Origin: an uncultured virus (IMG/VR IMGVR_UViG_3300046517_000932)
Taxonomy: Duplodnaviria; Heunggongvirae; Uroviricota; Caudoviricetes
Length of the DNA stretch: 29,312 nucleotides
Direction: 5' to 3' (one strand)
IMG/VR virus record: IMGVR_UViG_3300046517_000932
The notes under the pieces were generated by a model. The model saw nothing but the letters and a program-made list of their open reading frames with translations. It ran no database searches and was not told the DNA's origin. Below are positions 17,012 to 25,716 of this stretch, piece after piece. The first letter of the stretch is position 1, and the number at the start of each line of letters is the position of its first letter. Made by a program: the position numbers and the translations under genes.

Positions 17012-17958
17012 ATCGCGACCAGATCCGCGAGATTTTCCTGCGCAACGGCTTCACGGTGAAGGAAGGCCAGTCCGACCTGAAACCGTACGTGTACGCCGCC
17101 GCCGAGGAGCTGCTCCAGGCATCGCGTCCGGCAAGCGGCGACGACGACCTGGCCGCCGCGCAAGGTTCCATGCAGGACTTCGCTCGAGCAGCCGATCTGA
17201 TCCAGAAGGTAGCCGCAGCAGCAACGAACGGCGAGGCACTGGCGGCAGTCCTGTCCTATCGCAAGGACGTTCGCCTCGAAGCGCTCGCCGATGGCGGCAA
17301 GGGTGAGGCGTCGCTCACTCGCTGGCAGAAAGCGCAAATGGCTTTTGGAGGCACAGCCCCGCAAGCCGAGTGCGCACCGCGTGAGGCGCAGCCGGTGGCG
17401 CCCGCAAAGGATAGAGCACGTTCATTTGTTCGCGATCTAATGCGAGACCTAAAGCGTGAATCAGGGTTTCTGATGAGCGACCGCGAACAGGAAGTGATTT
17501 TGAACGCGTTTATCAAATTCGCAGCCCCTACGCCTGAGCGTGCGGACGCCGACACAGCGGAGGCGAAGCCGCAGACTGACGCGGAAGCGCTCTATGACGC
17601 ATGGGAAAGCACGATCGCATATATGGGCGAACAGCGTGCCGCCACTCCCGCGAGTCAGGAGCGTGCGGACGCCGGGAAGGATGCGGCGCCTCCAATGCAA
17701 CCACTTGTCGTTGACCGGCAGGGCACTGTCCGATTCGCGGAAAACGCGGTAGTGCGTCATCTGCTCGACAAAGGAAGCATCGACCTGAACGCGCTCGCCG
17801 TGGAGGAATTCAGCGACGCGGACCGTGCGCAGTTCGCGCAGTTAATCGGCTACTCAGTCAGCGGATACGGTGAATTGCACTACGTTTCGGACGAGAGTTA
17901 TGAGCGCGCTGCGGCCCAGGTAGACGCCGCAATCCTAGCCGCGAACAAGGGGAATTGA
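17008..17958 (+). CDS. Mosaic hypothetical phage protein
   Basis: MNRDQIREIFLRNGFTVKEGQSDLKPYVYAAA N-terminus, Ala/Pro-rich linkers, and C-terminal RFAENAVVRHLLD...QFAQLIGYSVSGYGEL. Confidence 0.75.
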   Translation: MNRDQIREIFLRNGFTVKEGQSDLKPYVYAAAEELLQASRPASGDDDLAAAQGSMQDFARAADLIQKVAAAATNGEALAAVLSYRKDVRLEALADGGKGEASLTRWQKAQMAFGGTAPQAECAPREAQPVAPAKDRARSFVRDLMRDLKRESGFLMSDREQEVILNAFIKFAAPTPERADADTAEAKPQTDAEALYDAWESTIAYMGEQRAATPASQERADAGKDAAPPMQPLVVDRQGTVRFAENAVVRHLLDKGSIDLNALAVEEFSDADRAQFAQLIGYSVSGYGELHYVSDESYERAAAQVDAAILAANKGN

Positions 17959-17959
17959 T

Positions 17960-18235
17960 ATGAAATACATCGTTGTTGTTTTGGAAGGCGTCGAGTCGAT
18001 TTTCACGTTCCCGCGCAGCGTCGATCACGATCGCATGCATGAGGCGATCGAGGCGATCCGGTTCGGATCTGAGCGCAACTGGTCGCGCAAATTTCGCGAA
18101 GGCGAGGCGATCGCGGCCGGATTCGTCGACGGCGGAGTTTGTCACGGCCGAAGCGAGACGCTCGACCTGGACTCGCGAGGCGAGGCAGATACGAAGCTTT
18201 TCGCCGCCAACGCCGCGAGACAGGTGAGCGCATGA
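17960..18235 (+). CDS. Hypothetical phage protein
   Basis: MKYIVV...AGFV...CHGRSETLDLDSR. Confidence 0.75.
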   Translation: MKYIVVVLEGVESIFTFPRSVDHDRMHEAIEAIRFGSERNWSRKFREGEAIAAGFVDGGVCHGRSETLDLDSRGEADTKLFAANAARQVSA

Positions 18236-18420
18236 GCATCCGCAAATATTGGCGCCGGCATCCGGTACAGCTTCGCGCGCTCGCACTCGTGCTGCTGATC
18301 GTCATGCCCGCCTACCTTCCGATTATCGCCGTCGTGCAGTACTGGCGGGACATTCTCGACGAGGTCGCCGCGCAATACCGGGAAACCTGGCGCGTGCTCA
18401 TCAAGGGGATCGACGCATGA
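18232..18420 (+). CDS. Small membrane protein
   Basis: ATG 18232; one hydrophobic segment; coupled on both sides. Confidence 0.6.
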   Translation: MSIRKYWRRHPVQLRALALVLLIVMPAYLPIIAVVQYWRDILDEVAAQYRETWRVLIKGIDA

Positions 18421-18626
18421 GCAAGATCGAATTCATCACAATCCCGGAAGACTTCCCGGCCGTTTTCATCGACGAAAAACACATGCCGGACGCCGTCGCA
18501 GGAACCATCGAGGAAGGCGAGCACAGAGGAACGTACATTTTCTCATGCAAGGCGCGTGCCGAGGAGTTCTGCTGGAAGCGCGGACTCGAATTTGAGTTTG
18601 TCGACGACGACGAGGAGGCTCGGTGA
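18417..18626 (+). CDS. Small acidic hypothetical protein
   Basis: ATG 18417 coupled to the upstream stop. Confidence 0.6.
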   Translation: MSKIEFITIPEDFPAVFIDEKHMPDAVAGTIEEGEHRGTYIFSCKARAEEFCWKRGLEFEFVDDDEEAR

Positions 18627-19234
18627 GCAGCATCGACTACAAGCACCTGCGCGAGATCGCAGAAGCGTCGACGCGAGGCGACTGGGTTTCGTTCGTGCCG
18701 TGCGGCGCCGCAGTGAATCCGTCTGGTGCCGCGTTCCTCGCCGGACCACCGCGCCGGACGATGGACCGCTCGGAGGGGTTCCGTCCCGAAGACGCACAGC
18801 ATATCGCCGCGTTCCGACCAGACGTTGCGCTCGCCCTTCTCGACCGGGTTGAGGCGCTCGAGGCGCAACTCAAGGCCCAAGCGCGCGCCGCGCTCGCCGG
18901 CATGGACGCCGCGACGCGTGCCAGCTCGATTCGCCTCGAGCTCGCCGAGAAGGCCCGCGCCGAGTCGTCGCCGGAGGCACTGGCGTCCGAGCGCGCAGCG
19001 AATGCGATTCTGACCGAGGAGAACGAGCGCCTGCGCGCCGCGCTCGAGGCAGAGCGACAGCCCTGGATCTCCGTGAGTGACGGCCTGCCGGAAATTCGCG
19101 CGCTCGCCTTCACGCCGACGGACAACCGCCTGATACAACACCGCATCATCCCGGGCGGAATGTTCAGGCAGATCGCCAAAGAAGCGACGCACTGGATGCC
19201 GTTGCCGTCGAATCCGCCGAAGGTGCCGGCATGA
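18623..19234 (+). CDS. Ead/Ea22-like protein with C-terminal DUF551-like domain
   Basis: IDYKHLREIAEAST...DAQHIAAFRPDVALALLDRVE; WISVSDGLPE...THWMPLP. Confidence 0.7.
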   Translation: MSSIDYKHLREIAEASTRGDWVSFVPCGAAVNPSGAAFLAGPPRRTMDRSEGFRPEDAQHIAAFRPDVALALLDRVEALEAQLKAQARAALAGMDAATRASSIRLELAEKARAESSPEALASERAANAILTEENERLRAALEAERQPWISVSDGLPEIRALAFTPTDNRLIQHRIIPGGMFRQIAKEATHWMPLPSNPPKVPA

Positions 19235-19491
19235 TGCGCATTCATATCAGTTTCGGCCCGACTCGCAAGAAGCCGCGTGTCGGCGATCGCCGCACGACTA
19301 AGAAACACGGCGAGCAGATCCGCGTGTTCAGGATGGCCCGCGACACACGCGGCAACGTCATCGGCTACGACTGCACAGGAGGCAGTCAGAAATACGATTG
19401 GGTGCCGCTTCACGATGCAGCGAAGCACGGCGCCGCGCACCATCTGACCGCTGAAGAACGTGCCGCGATCGTCGGAAAGGAGGCCACGTGA
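19231..19491 (+). CDS. Hypothetical basic protein
   Basis: Coupled ORF with RBS. Confidence 0.6.
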   Translation: MMRIHISFGPTRKKPRVGDRRTTKKHGEQIRVFRMARDTRGNVIGYDCTGGSQKYDWVPLHDAAKHGAAHHLTAEERAAIVGKEAT

Positions 19492-19865
19492 CCGTGTACG
19501 TCGACGACATGAACGCGCCGTACGGCCGCATGAAGATGTGTCACATGCTGGCGGACACCGACGCGGAGCTGCACGCGATGGCCGAGCGGATCGGAGTCGC
19601 GCGGAAGTGGCACCAGGCGCCGCCGAGGCACTCGAGTCACTACGACATCGCACAGAGCAAGAAGGCACTCGCGATCGCCGCCGGCGCCGTCGAGATCACC
19701 TGGCGCCAGGCCGGCGCGATGAACACCCGGCGCCGCGTTACTGGCGAGCTCGGAGATCCGGCCGACGCGCTCGAATGGTCGCTGGCGTTTTGGGCGCGGC
19801 GCCGGCGCGAGCGTGCGGAGGAGGCTGAGCGAGTCAACGGCCTGTTCGTCGCACCAACAGATTGA
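19488..19865 (+). CDS. DUF4031-like protein
   Basis: MTVYVDD...CHMLADTDAELHAMAERIG...HYDI...AIAAGAVEI. Confidence 0.75.
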   Translation: MTVYVDDMNAPYGRMKMCHMLADTDAELHAMAERIGVARKWHQAPPRHSSHYDIAQSKKALAIAAGAVEITWRQAGAMNTRRRVTGELGDPADALEWSLAFWARRRRERAEEAERVNGLFVAPTD

Positions 19866-19998
19866 TCATCTGCTCACAGTTTCGCGCCTAGCCTTATTCG
19901 ACGCAGCACCGGGCGCCCCGGCCCAATCCCCCGGGCGCACATAGGGCGCACTATCAAAACACACGCATGTACATAGGTACATAGGCACAGAGGTACAT

Positions 19999-20682
19999 AT
20001 GAAGGAACACCCCATTCTGTTCAACCGCGAGATGATCCGCGCGCTCCATTCAGGCCGCAAGACGCAGACACGCCGAATGGTCACGCCGATGCGCGGAATG
20101 CAATCCGAGTGGCTCACTATCGAGGGGATCAACAGAAGCCCGCGCCTTTACACCTGCCACACGAATCCCGATCGCCTTTTCGGCGCGCAGATGGAACATC
20201 CACGAGGCGGCCCGCTAGGTTGGGTCAAGTGCCCGTATGGCGAGCCCGGGGACCGGCTATGGGTGCGCGAGACGTGGAGCGCCGACTTCGCGAACCACTA
20301 CCCCTACGATCGCGTGTGGTACGCCGCCGACAGCGACCGGGCGCACGACATAGAGATCCGCGACGGCGTGAAGGGCATCTACAGCCCTGAGAGCCGGGAA
20401 TTCGTTCCATTTCGCTGGCGACCGAGCATCCACATGCCACGCGCCGCGTCGCGCACGGACCTCGAGATAACCCGCGTGCGCGTCGAGCGCCTGCAGGACA
20501 TCAGCGAGGAGGACGCCGAGGCGGAAGGCGTCGACTTCCTGCGCCACGTGCCCGACGCGGACGAGACGCTATCCGCTCGAGACCTGTACCGGATCCTATG
20601 GGACAGCATCAACGAGGCGCGCGGATTCGGCTGGAGCACGAACCCCTGGGTATGGGTCGTCGAATTCCCAAGCGCATTTTGA
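19999..20682 (+). CDS. ASCH/PUA-like phage protein
   Basis: PILFNREMIRALHSGRKTQTRR...CPYGEPGDRLWVRETW...WRPSIHMPR...VERLQDISEEDAEAEG...NPWVWVVEF. Confidence 0.8.
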   Translation: MKEHPILFNREMIRALHSGRKTQTRRMVTPMRGMQSEWLTIEGINRSPRLYTCHTNPDRLFGAQMEHPRGGPLGWVKCPYGEPGDRLWVRETWSADFANHYPYDRVWYAADSDRAHDIEIRDGVKGIYSPESREFVPFRWRPSIHMPRAASRTDLEITRVRVERLQDISEEDAEAEGVDFLRHVPDADETLSARDLYRILWDSINEARGFGWSTNPWVWVVEFPSAF

Positions 20683-20686
20683 TTGA

Positions 20687-20845
20687 TATGTACCTATGTA
20701 CCCATGTGCATCGGTACATAGCTACATCCACACGTCCGTACCTGCACACGCACGTGCGCTCATAGGTGCGGACGTTTCTACGTGCGCCGGCACGCACGTG
20801 CCAGCCTACAAACCGATGTATGATCCAGCGCACCTACATACGGAG
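20687..20845. repeat. Degenerate short (4/8-bp period) repeats upstream of parA; candidate centromere/par operator
   Basis: TATGTACCTATGTACCCATGTGCATCGGTACATAGCTACAT...CCTACATAC; an inverted copy of the first 15 bp lies at 19969-19983. Confidence 0.5.
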
Positions 20846-20851
20846 GTGCCA

Positions 20852-21568
20852 ATGTCACGGATCATCACAATAGGAATGAAGAAGGGCGGCCCGGGCAAGA
20901 CGACGATCGCGACGAACATCGCCGCAATGTGCGTCACGGCCGGCATGAAAACGCTTCTGGTCGACACCGACGGCCAGCGCACGTCGGCGCACTGGGCAGG
21001 CAATCGGAGAGAGCAGGGCGTCGAACCGGCGATCACCTGCGTCGAGAAAACGGGCAAATGCGGCCGCGATATCGCCGAGCTCGCCGACAATTACGACGTC
21101 GTCATCGTCGACGCCGGCGGACACGACAGCATCGAACTCCGCCAGGCGTTCGCCGTCGCGGATCTTTGCATTATGCCGCTGCGACCGTGCCAGCCCGACG
21201 TCTGGACACTGCCGGACATGCTCGAGCTGATCAACGAGATCGAGGAGAAATCCGGCACCCGGCCGCGCGCGTCCGTTCTGATCAACGGCAAGGAAGCGCC
21301 GCGCAAGGTGAGGGGAGGGTACCGGGAGACACAGGACACGCGCGACACTATCGCCTCGATCCGGCAGGCGTTCGGCGACGCCGTGCCCGTGCTGGAGTCA
21401 ATGGTTTCCTATCGCCCGGCATTCTGGCGCGCGTTCCCCGCCGGAATGAGCGTCGTCGAGCTGCCCGAGTCGGCCCGCGCCGAGAGCGCCAAGGAAGAAC
21501 TGACGAACCTTTTCAAGGAGATTTTCGATGTCGAATACTCGTCAGCCGATCAGCGTCGTGCAGCCTAA
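20852..21568 (+). CDS. parA: ParA-family (short, type Ib-like) partition ATPase
   Basis: Deviant Walker A KGGPGKTT, LVDTDGQ and YDVVIVDAG; RBS GGAGG before ATG 20852. Confidence 0.9.
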   Translation: MSRIITIGMKKGGPGKTTIATNIAAMCVTAGMKTLLVDTDGQRTSAHWAGNRREQGVEPAITCVEKTGKCGRDIAELADNYDVVIVDAGGHDSIELRQAFAVADLCIMPLRPCQPDVWTLPDMLELINEIEEKSGTRPRASVLINGKEAPRKVRGGYRETQDTRDTIASIRQAFGDAVPVLESMVSYRPAFWRAFPAGMSVVELPESARAESAKEELTNLFKEIFDVEYSSADQRRAA

Positions 21569-21911
21569 AACCCTTACCAGCGAGGAGCGCGCGGCCCGCC
21601 TGGACAAAGTCGACGCATGGAGTGAGACGCCGGCGCGCGAAGCACTGGGCGAACCGGCGGCCGAGAGTAGGGCGCCCGCGCCCGCCGCGCAGGAACCGCC
21701 GCCAGCGCCTCCGCGAGAGGAACCGAAGCACCTGGCACCAGCGCCGGCCGCGACGCCTCCTAAATCGATGCACGTGCGCATGCCGATCGATACGTACGAG
21801 ATGCTTCGGGACATCGCGCACGTCACGCGCGAGCACATGAACGACATCATCGCCCGTGCGACGTTGAAGGAGTGCCGCCGGATCCGCGATGCGCTCGAGA
21901 AAGGGAAGTAG
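21528..21911 (+). CDS. Probable ribbon-helix-helix partition adaptor (ParG-like)
   Basis: Directly follows parA; disordered Pro/Ala N-terminal half; C-terminal SMHVRMPIDTYEMLRDIAHVTREHMNDII fits an RHH pattern. Confidence 0.65.
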   Translation: MSNTRQPISVVQPKTLTSEERAARLDKVDAWSETPAREALGEPAAESRAPAPAAQEPPPAPPREEPKHLAPAPAATPPKSMHVRMPIDTYEMLRDIAHVTREHMNDIIARATLKECRRIRDALEKGK

Positions 21912-21945
21912 GGCGCGCATACCTCCTTCCTGCAAAACCGGCTTT

Positions 21946-22218
21946 TTCGTGTTTTGACCGACCGCTGGATTCGTGTTTTGACCGACCGATTTACCATGAT
22001 TAAAGAATGATTAGAAAGGATTAGCACTTCGCAAAACCAGTCATAAGCACATGATTTCAAAAGGTTTTGCAAAATGCGCCGGTCGGTCATAACACGAAGA
22101 TTGGTCGCTCAAAACACGAATGCCGGTCGGTCATAACACGAACGTGGTCGGTCAAAACACGAATCTGGTCGGTCAAAACACGAATCGACGGTCGCTCAAA
22201 ACACGATAGTTATGCACA
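21946..22218. repeat. Iteron replication origin
   Basis: Six direct 18-bp iterons GGTCGSTCAWAACACGAW at 22081, 22103, 22125, 22146, 22167 and 22190; two inverted copies at 21946 and 21970; AT-rich GATTA-repeat spacer between the clusters; DnaA box TTATGCACA at 22210-22218. Confidence 0.88.
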
Positions 22219-22264
22219 ACGGGTTTCGGCGCTTGCGTGCTACGCTTCAGCGCGGAGGAACGAC

Positions 22265-23095
22265 ATGAAAAACGCCATTGATCTCGCCAAAGGCCTGCAG
22301 ACGAAAGCAGCGGGGCGCCGGCCGCCGGCACAGCTCGAGTTCTGGTCTGATCGCGTGCGAGGTCTGCCGAACGCGTTGGCGCGTTGCGCTCTGTTCACTG
22401 CCGGCAGCAAGAAGGACGTCCGCGCCGTGTACCGCGACGAGCCGATCGTCTCCCTTCAGAACTTCACCGTTTTATACACCGGCGACGAGCTCCGCCAGGA
22501 CGACCAGGACGTTTTCCTGCAGCTCGTACACCTGGCGCGAGGTCTACCGCTCGGATCGAGGATCGAGATCACCGGCAACGCAGTCCTGAAGGTGCTCGGA
22601 TGGGGACGATCGAAGCGGGACTATGCGCGCCTCCGCGCGAGCTTGAAGCGTCTGAAAAAGGCCAACGTCGAGGTGAACGGCGACGACAATCGAGGCTTCA
22701 TCGGTAGCTTACTGATGACGCTCGCCTGGGAAGGCCAGGACGCCGACGACGCCGACGGCGAGGGCACTAGCACGCACTGGAACATCTCGCTTGATCCGAA
22801 GATCATCGCGCTCTTTGGAACCGACACCTACTCACTGATCGACTGGGAGATGCGACTCAGACTCGCGCCATTGGCGAAATGGTTGCACAGCTTCTACATC
22901 ACGCACCGCGAGCCGATGCCCTACAAGGTGGAGACGCTGCACAGACTGTGCGGCAGCCGCACACGACTCCTTAAGCACTTTCGCGAGTCACTGAAGGACG
23001 CGCTCGAGGAGCTGAAGCAGGTTGGATTCCTCGTCGAATTCGACATTGGTACGGACCTGGTAACGGTGCGTCGCCGGTATGCGCTTGCCGCGTAG
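22265..23095 (+). CDS. Plasmid replication initiator, TrfA-like
   Basis: RGLPNALARCALF, YTGDELRQDDQDVFLQL, LAKWLHSFY and LHRLCGS; RBS GGAGG; adjacent to the iterons. Confidence 0.85.
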   Translation: MKNAIDLAKGLQTKAAGRRPPAQLEFWSDRVRGLPNALARCALFTAGSKKDVRAVYRDEPIVSLQNFTVLYTGDELRQDDQDVFLQLVHLARGLPLGSRIEITGNAVLKVLGWGRSKRDYARLRASLKRLKKANVEVNGDDNRGFIGSLLMTLAWEGQDADDADGEGTSTHWNISLDPKIIALFGTDTYSLIDWEMRLRLAPLAKWLHSFYITHREPMPYKVETLHRLCGSRTRLLKHFRESLKDALEELKQVGFLVEFDIGTDLVTVRRRYALAA

Positions 23096-23165
23096 ACGCA
23101 ACTACCTGTCAACTGAACCCCAACGCCGAAGGCATGACGGTTAGTTGTCTTTTCCCAAGCTATCA

Positions 23166-23462
23166 ATGCTAACGACTGCCACTCCGATGCGGAACCGAGG
23201 TAAGGCGCTCGATCATGCCGACGTTCAGCGCGCGCCAGGCGTGCGCGGCGACCTGGTGATCGGCCAGGAGAAATCCTCCGCACTCAACCGCTACACCAAC
23301 ATCGCGCGCTTCCAGACGGGAGGCGCAGCCGATCCGCAGCCGATCCCGCCGCTTCACGACGCCGCGCTTTCCTGGATGGGTCCGCTAGGATTCGTCCTGA
23401 CGGGCATTGAATTCGTCGACGGCACCGCCTACTCACAGTCCTGGTGGTGCCGTCCCGGTTAG
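23166..23462 (+). CDS. Hypothetical protein
   Basis: LHDAALSWMGPLGFVLTGIE...YSQSWWC; start codon uncertain. Confidence 0.6.
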   Translation: MLTTATPMRNRGKALDHADVQRAPGVRGDLVIGQEKSSALNRYTNIARFQTGGAADPQPIPPLHDAALSWMGPLGFVLTGIEFVDGTAYSQSWWCRPG

Positions 23463-24106
23463 ATCTTGCGACCCCAGCCGAGCGCCGCCGGGCGGCTGTA
23501 CCCAGCGAACTTGACCTTGAGCCAATCGCGCGAGCGCCCGCGCTGATACGGCGCGTCGAGTCGCTTACCGACCATGCCTTCGAAATCGTGCACTTTGACC
23601 TGCTCGAAGACCCATGCCCCCGCCGCGACGATGCCGGTCACGTAGACCAGCACGGCCGTGTTCTCGAACGAGTCTCGCAATACCTGCTTGCGCTCGACGA
23701 GCGGCAGGCGCCGAAGGTCGCGCTCACCATCGGCGAGCATGTCGAACACATAGAGGCGCGCCGGATGCTTTGCCACTGCGACGCTCACCTTAAACGGGAC
23801 CGAGGTGCGCGCGCGGATCTGCAGTCGCTCAAACGATGACTGCCCGGTAGGCTCGTCGACCGTGAGCTCCGCATCCCACACGAAATCGCCGGGCACCCGC
23901 TCGACCGCCGCGACCACATCAGGAAATGAGCGGTTCATGAGGTTGCCCTGCCGGGAAATCAGCTCGACCCGGGCGCCGCTCTTGCGCACGAGACATCGAA
24001 AGCCATCGTATTTGAGTTCGTACAGCCAGCCCTCGCGGGAAAACGGCGCACGACTGAGCGTGGCGAGCATCAGATCGGCGGCATCGATAAGCGGGACGAC
24101 GCTCAC
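23459..24106 (-). CDS. Minimal ATP-dependent DNA ligase (adenylation domain, LigD-ligase-like)
   Basis: Motif I ELKYDGFR, plus SRQG, WDAEL, YVFDML, EGMVGKR and Y...RSRDWLKVK. Confidence 0.85.
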   Translation of the reverse strand: MSVVPLIDAADLMLATLSRAPFSREGWLYELKYDGFRCLVRKSGARVELISRQGNLMNRSFPDVVAAVERVPGDFVWDAELTVDEPTGQSSFERLQIRARTSVPFKVSVAVAKHPARLYVFDMLADGERDLRRLPLVERKQVLRDSFENTAVLVYVTGIVAAGAWVFEQVKVHDFEGMVGKRLDAPYQRGRSRDWLKVKFAGYSRPAALGWGRKI

Positions 24107-24285
24107 GGGTTAGGCAACCGCGCACTGACATAGGCGAGCTTCGCCCAGGCGTTATTCGGATCGCATCCGGAATAGGCGCAGAAGTGCTCGAAGTCATCGA
24201 GCACCGTATGACCGGCCTCATCCGTTTGCAGCGTGCGGCCGTCAATGACTGTCTTGAGCAACTCGACGGGATCGCCGTAGCACAT
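24103..24285 (-). CDS. Small hypothetical protein
   Basis: ATG 24285 after GGAGG; overlaps the ligase start. Confidence 0.6.
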   Translation of the reverse strand: MCYGDPVELLKTVIDGRTLQTDEAGHTVLDDFEHFCAYSGCDPNNAWAKLAYVSARLPNP

Positions 24286-24425
24286 GATTGAGCCCTCCGT
24301 TGACGCGATCAGACGAGCAAGCACGGTGCCAGAGCGATCCGGCCCTAAAACGTTGCTAAACTTTATTATGTCAACCAGTACACAGAATGTTGACGAGTGG
24401 GGCCAATAGTGGCACCATTATTCGC

Positions 24426-24677
24426 ATGGCCTCCACACAAAAAATCCTCGACCAGATGCAGCGCGAACCGGCGAACGTCCGGTACAACGACCTGCACAAG
24501 GTCTGCGAAGAACACTTTGGCAAAGCCCGTCAATCCGGATCGAGCCACGCCATCTTCAAGACGCCCTGGCTTGGCGATCCCCGCGTGAATATTCAGAACG
24601 ATCACGGGAAAGCGAAGGCGTATCAGGTGCGCCAGGTTTTGGAAGCAATCGCGAAACTCAAGGAGCAGCAAAAATGA
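24426..24677 (+). CDS. hicA: HicA-like toxin
   Basis: NVRYNDL...RQSGSSHAIFKTPW...NIQ...AKAYQVRQV. Confidence 0.75.
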   Translation: MASTQKILDQMQREPANVRYNDLHKVCEEHFGKARQSGSSHAIFKTPWLGDPRVNIQNDHGKAKAYQVRQVLEAIAKLKEQQK

Positions 24678-24997
24678 GCGTTGATCACTACACCTACCGC
24701 GTGACGTGGTCTCCCGAAGACCGGGAGCACGTCGGACTGTGCGCCGAATTCCCGTCGCTGTCCTGGCTCGCCGAGACGCCCGAGGAAGCGCTCGCCGGTA
24801 TCCGCCGCGTCGTCGTCGAGAGCATCGATGATATGCGCGCCAACGGCGAGCCGATCCCCGAGCCGATCGCCGAGCGCAATTACAGCGGCGAATTCCGCGT
24901 GCGCATCCCGCCGCAGGTTCATCGCGCGCTCGTCATCCAGGCCGCCGAGCAAGGCGTTAGCCTCAACCGACTGGCGAGCTCGAAGCTCTGCGGCTGA
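24674..24997 (+). CDS. hicB: HicB-like antitoxin
   Basis: WSPED...AEFPSLSWLAETPEEAL...YSGEFRVRIPPQVHRAL...GVSLN. Confidence 0.85.
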   Translation: MSVDHYTYRVTWSPEDREHVGLCAEFPSLSWLAETPEEALAGIRRVVVESIDDMRANGEPIPEPIAERNYSGEFRVRIPPQVHRALVIQAAEQGVSLNRLASSKLCG

Positions 24998-25039
24998 ACG
25001 GTCCTCGACGCCGAACGTCCGGCACCACGCCGATAGGAA

Positions 25040-25228
25040 ATGGACATGACAACGCGCAACAATTTCGATGACTGGGCCTCAGCAGTGTCGCGCGAGCTGA
25101 CGAGTCTCGGCATGCCGATGCTCGAGGCAAAGCACGTACCGTACGACAACGAAGACTGGTTTCGGCACGAATTCGACGCCGGCGAGAGCCCCGCACTGTC
25201 GGCGGCAGACTGGCACGCCGCACAGTGA
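25040..25228 (+). CDS. Small hypothetical protein
   Basis: RBS AGGA; 62 aa. Confidence 0.55.
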   Translation: MDMTTRNNFDDWASAVSRELTSLGMPMLEAKHVPYDNEDWFRHEFDAGESPALSAADWHAAQ

Positions 25229-25236
25229 GGACCGCC

Positions 25237-25464
25237 ATGAGCACCGACAAGCGCTGGACATACCGGCAGATCACCGACGCCGCCGAGGAACAGATCAAGC
25301 TTGCGATCAAGGAAGCAGACGAAAATCCCGATCTTGGCTATCTCTACCGGCAGCGAGCGAACGGCGCCTACGAACTCTGGTTCAAACTGACACAGGGATG
25401 GATCAACGATGGAGACATCGGTCGACTGCGAGATCTGATGAAAGAGCGCGCCAACAGATCATAG
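25237..25464 (+). CDS. Small hypothetical protein
   Basis: MSTDKRWTY after GAGG; followed by a terminator. Confidence 0.6.
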   Translation: MSTDKRWTYRQITDAAEEQIKLAIKEADENPDLGYLYRQRANGAYELWFKLTQGWINDGDIGRLRDLMKERANRS

Positions 25465-25489
25465 ATCTGTCGCGTCACTCGCCAAAAGC

Positions 25490-25525
25490 AAAGCCCGGCA
25501 AGCGTTTCCGCTGTCGGGCTTTTTC
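25490..25525. terminator. Bidirectional intrinsic terminator
   Basis: AAAGCCCGGCA-loop-TGTCGGGCTTTTT, with A/T tracts on both sides. Confidence 0.75.
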
Positions 25526-25626
25526 TTTGGGCGCCTATAGGGCGCAAATCAGGGATTGGTCACTTCATCTCGCGTGCTCCAGGGTGCGTTAAAGGGATCT
25601 CAATATGGGTGCTACCGAAGAACCTC

Positions 25627-25642
25627 ATGATTCCGTCACGAC
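25627..25642 (-). promoter_or_regulatory. Putative late promoter with no downstream ORF
   Basis: GTCGTGAC-GG-AATCAT. Confidence 0.5.
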
Positions 25643-25679
25643 GGTACGGTCGCGCACTTAATTATTTTTGATCATGTGC

Positions 25680-25709
25680 TTAACCTTTTTTGATCAAGAA
25701 TGTTATGAT
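25680..25709 (+). promoter_or_regulatory. Extended -10 promoter with operator-like site, driving the large RNA candidate
   Basis: TGnTATGAT at 25701-25709; TTAACCTTTTTTGATCAA at 25680-25697 resembles the phage operator. Confidence 0.6.
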
Positions 25710-25716
25710 TCGTCTC

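Noticed and set aside
17536..17674. Short direct repeat GAGCGTGCGGACGCCG inside the 17008-17958 gene
   Set aside because: Encodes ERADA linker motifs typical of mosaic phage proteins; not an independent element.
22081..22207. Regular direct repeats resembling a CRISPR array
   Set aside because: Spacers are only 3-5 bp, there are no cas genes, and the adjacent Rep and DnaA box identify them as iterons.
22067..22264. N-terminal extension of Rep in the ORF track
   Set aside because: It translates the iterons; the real start is likely ATG 22265 after GGAGG.
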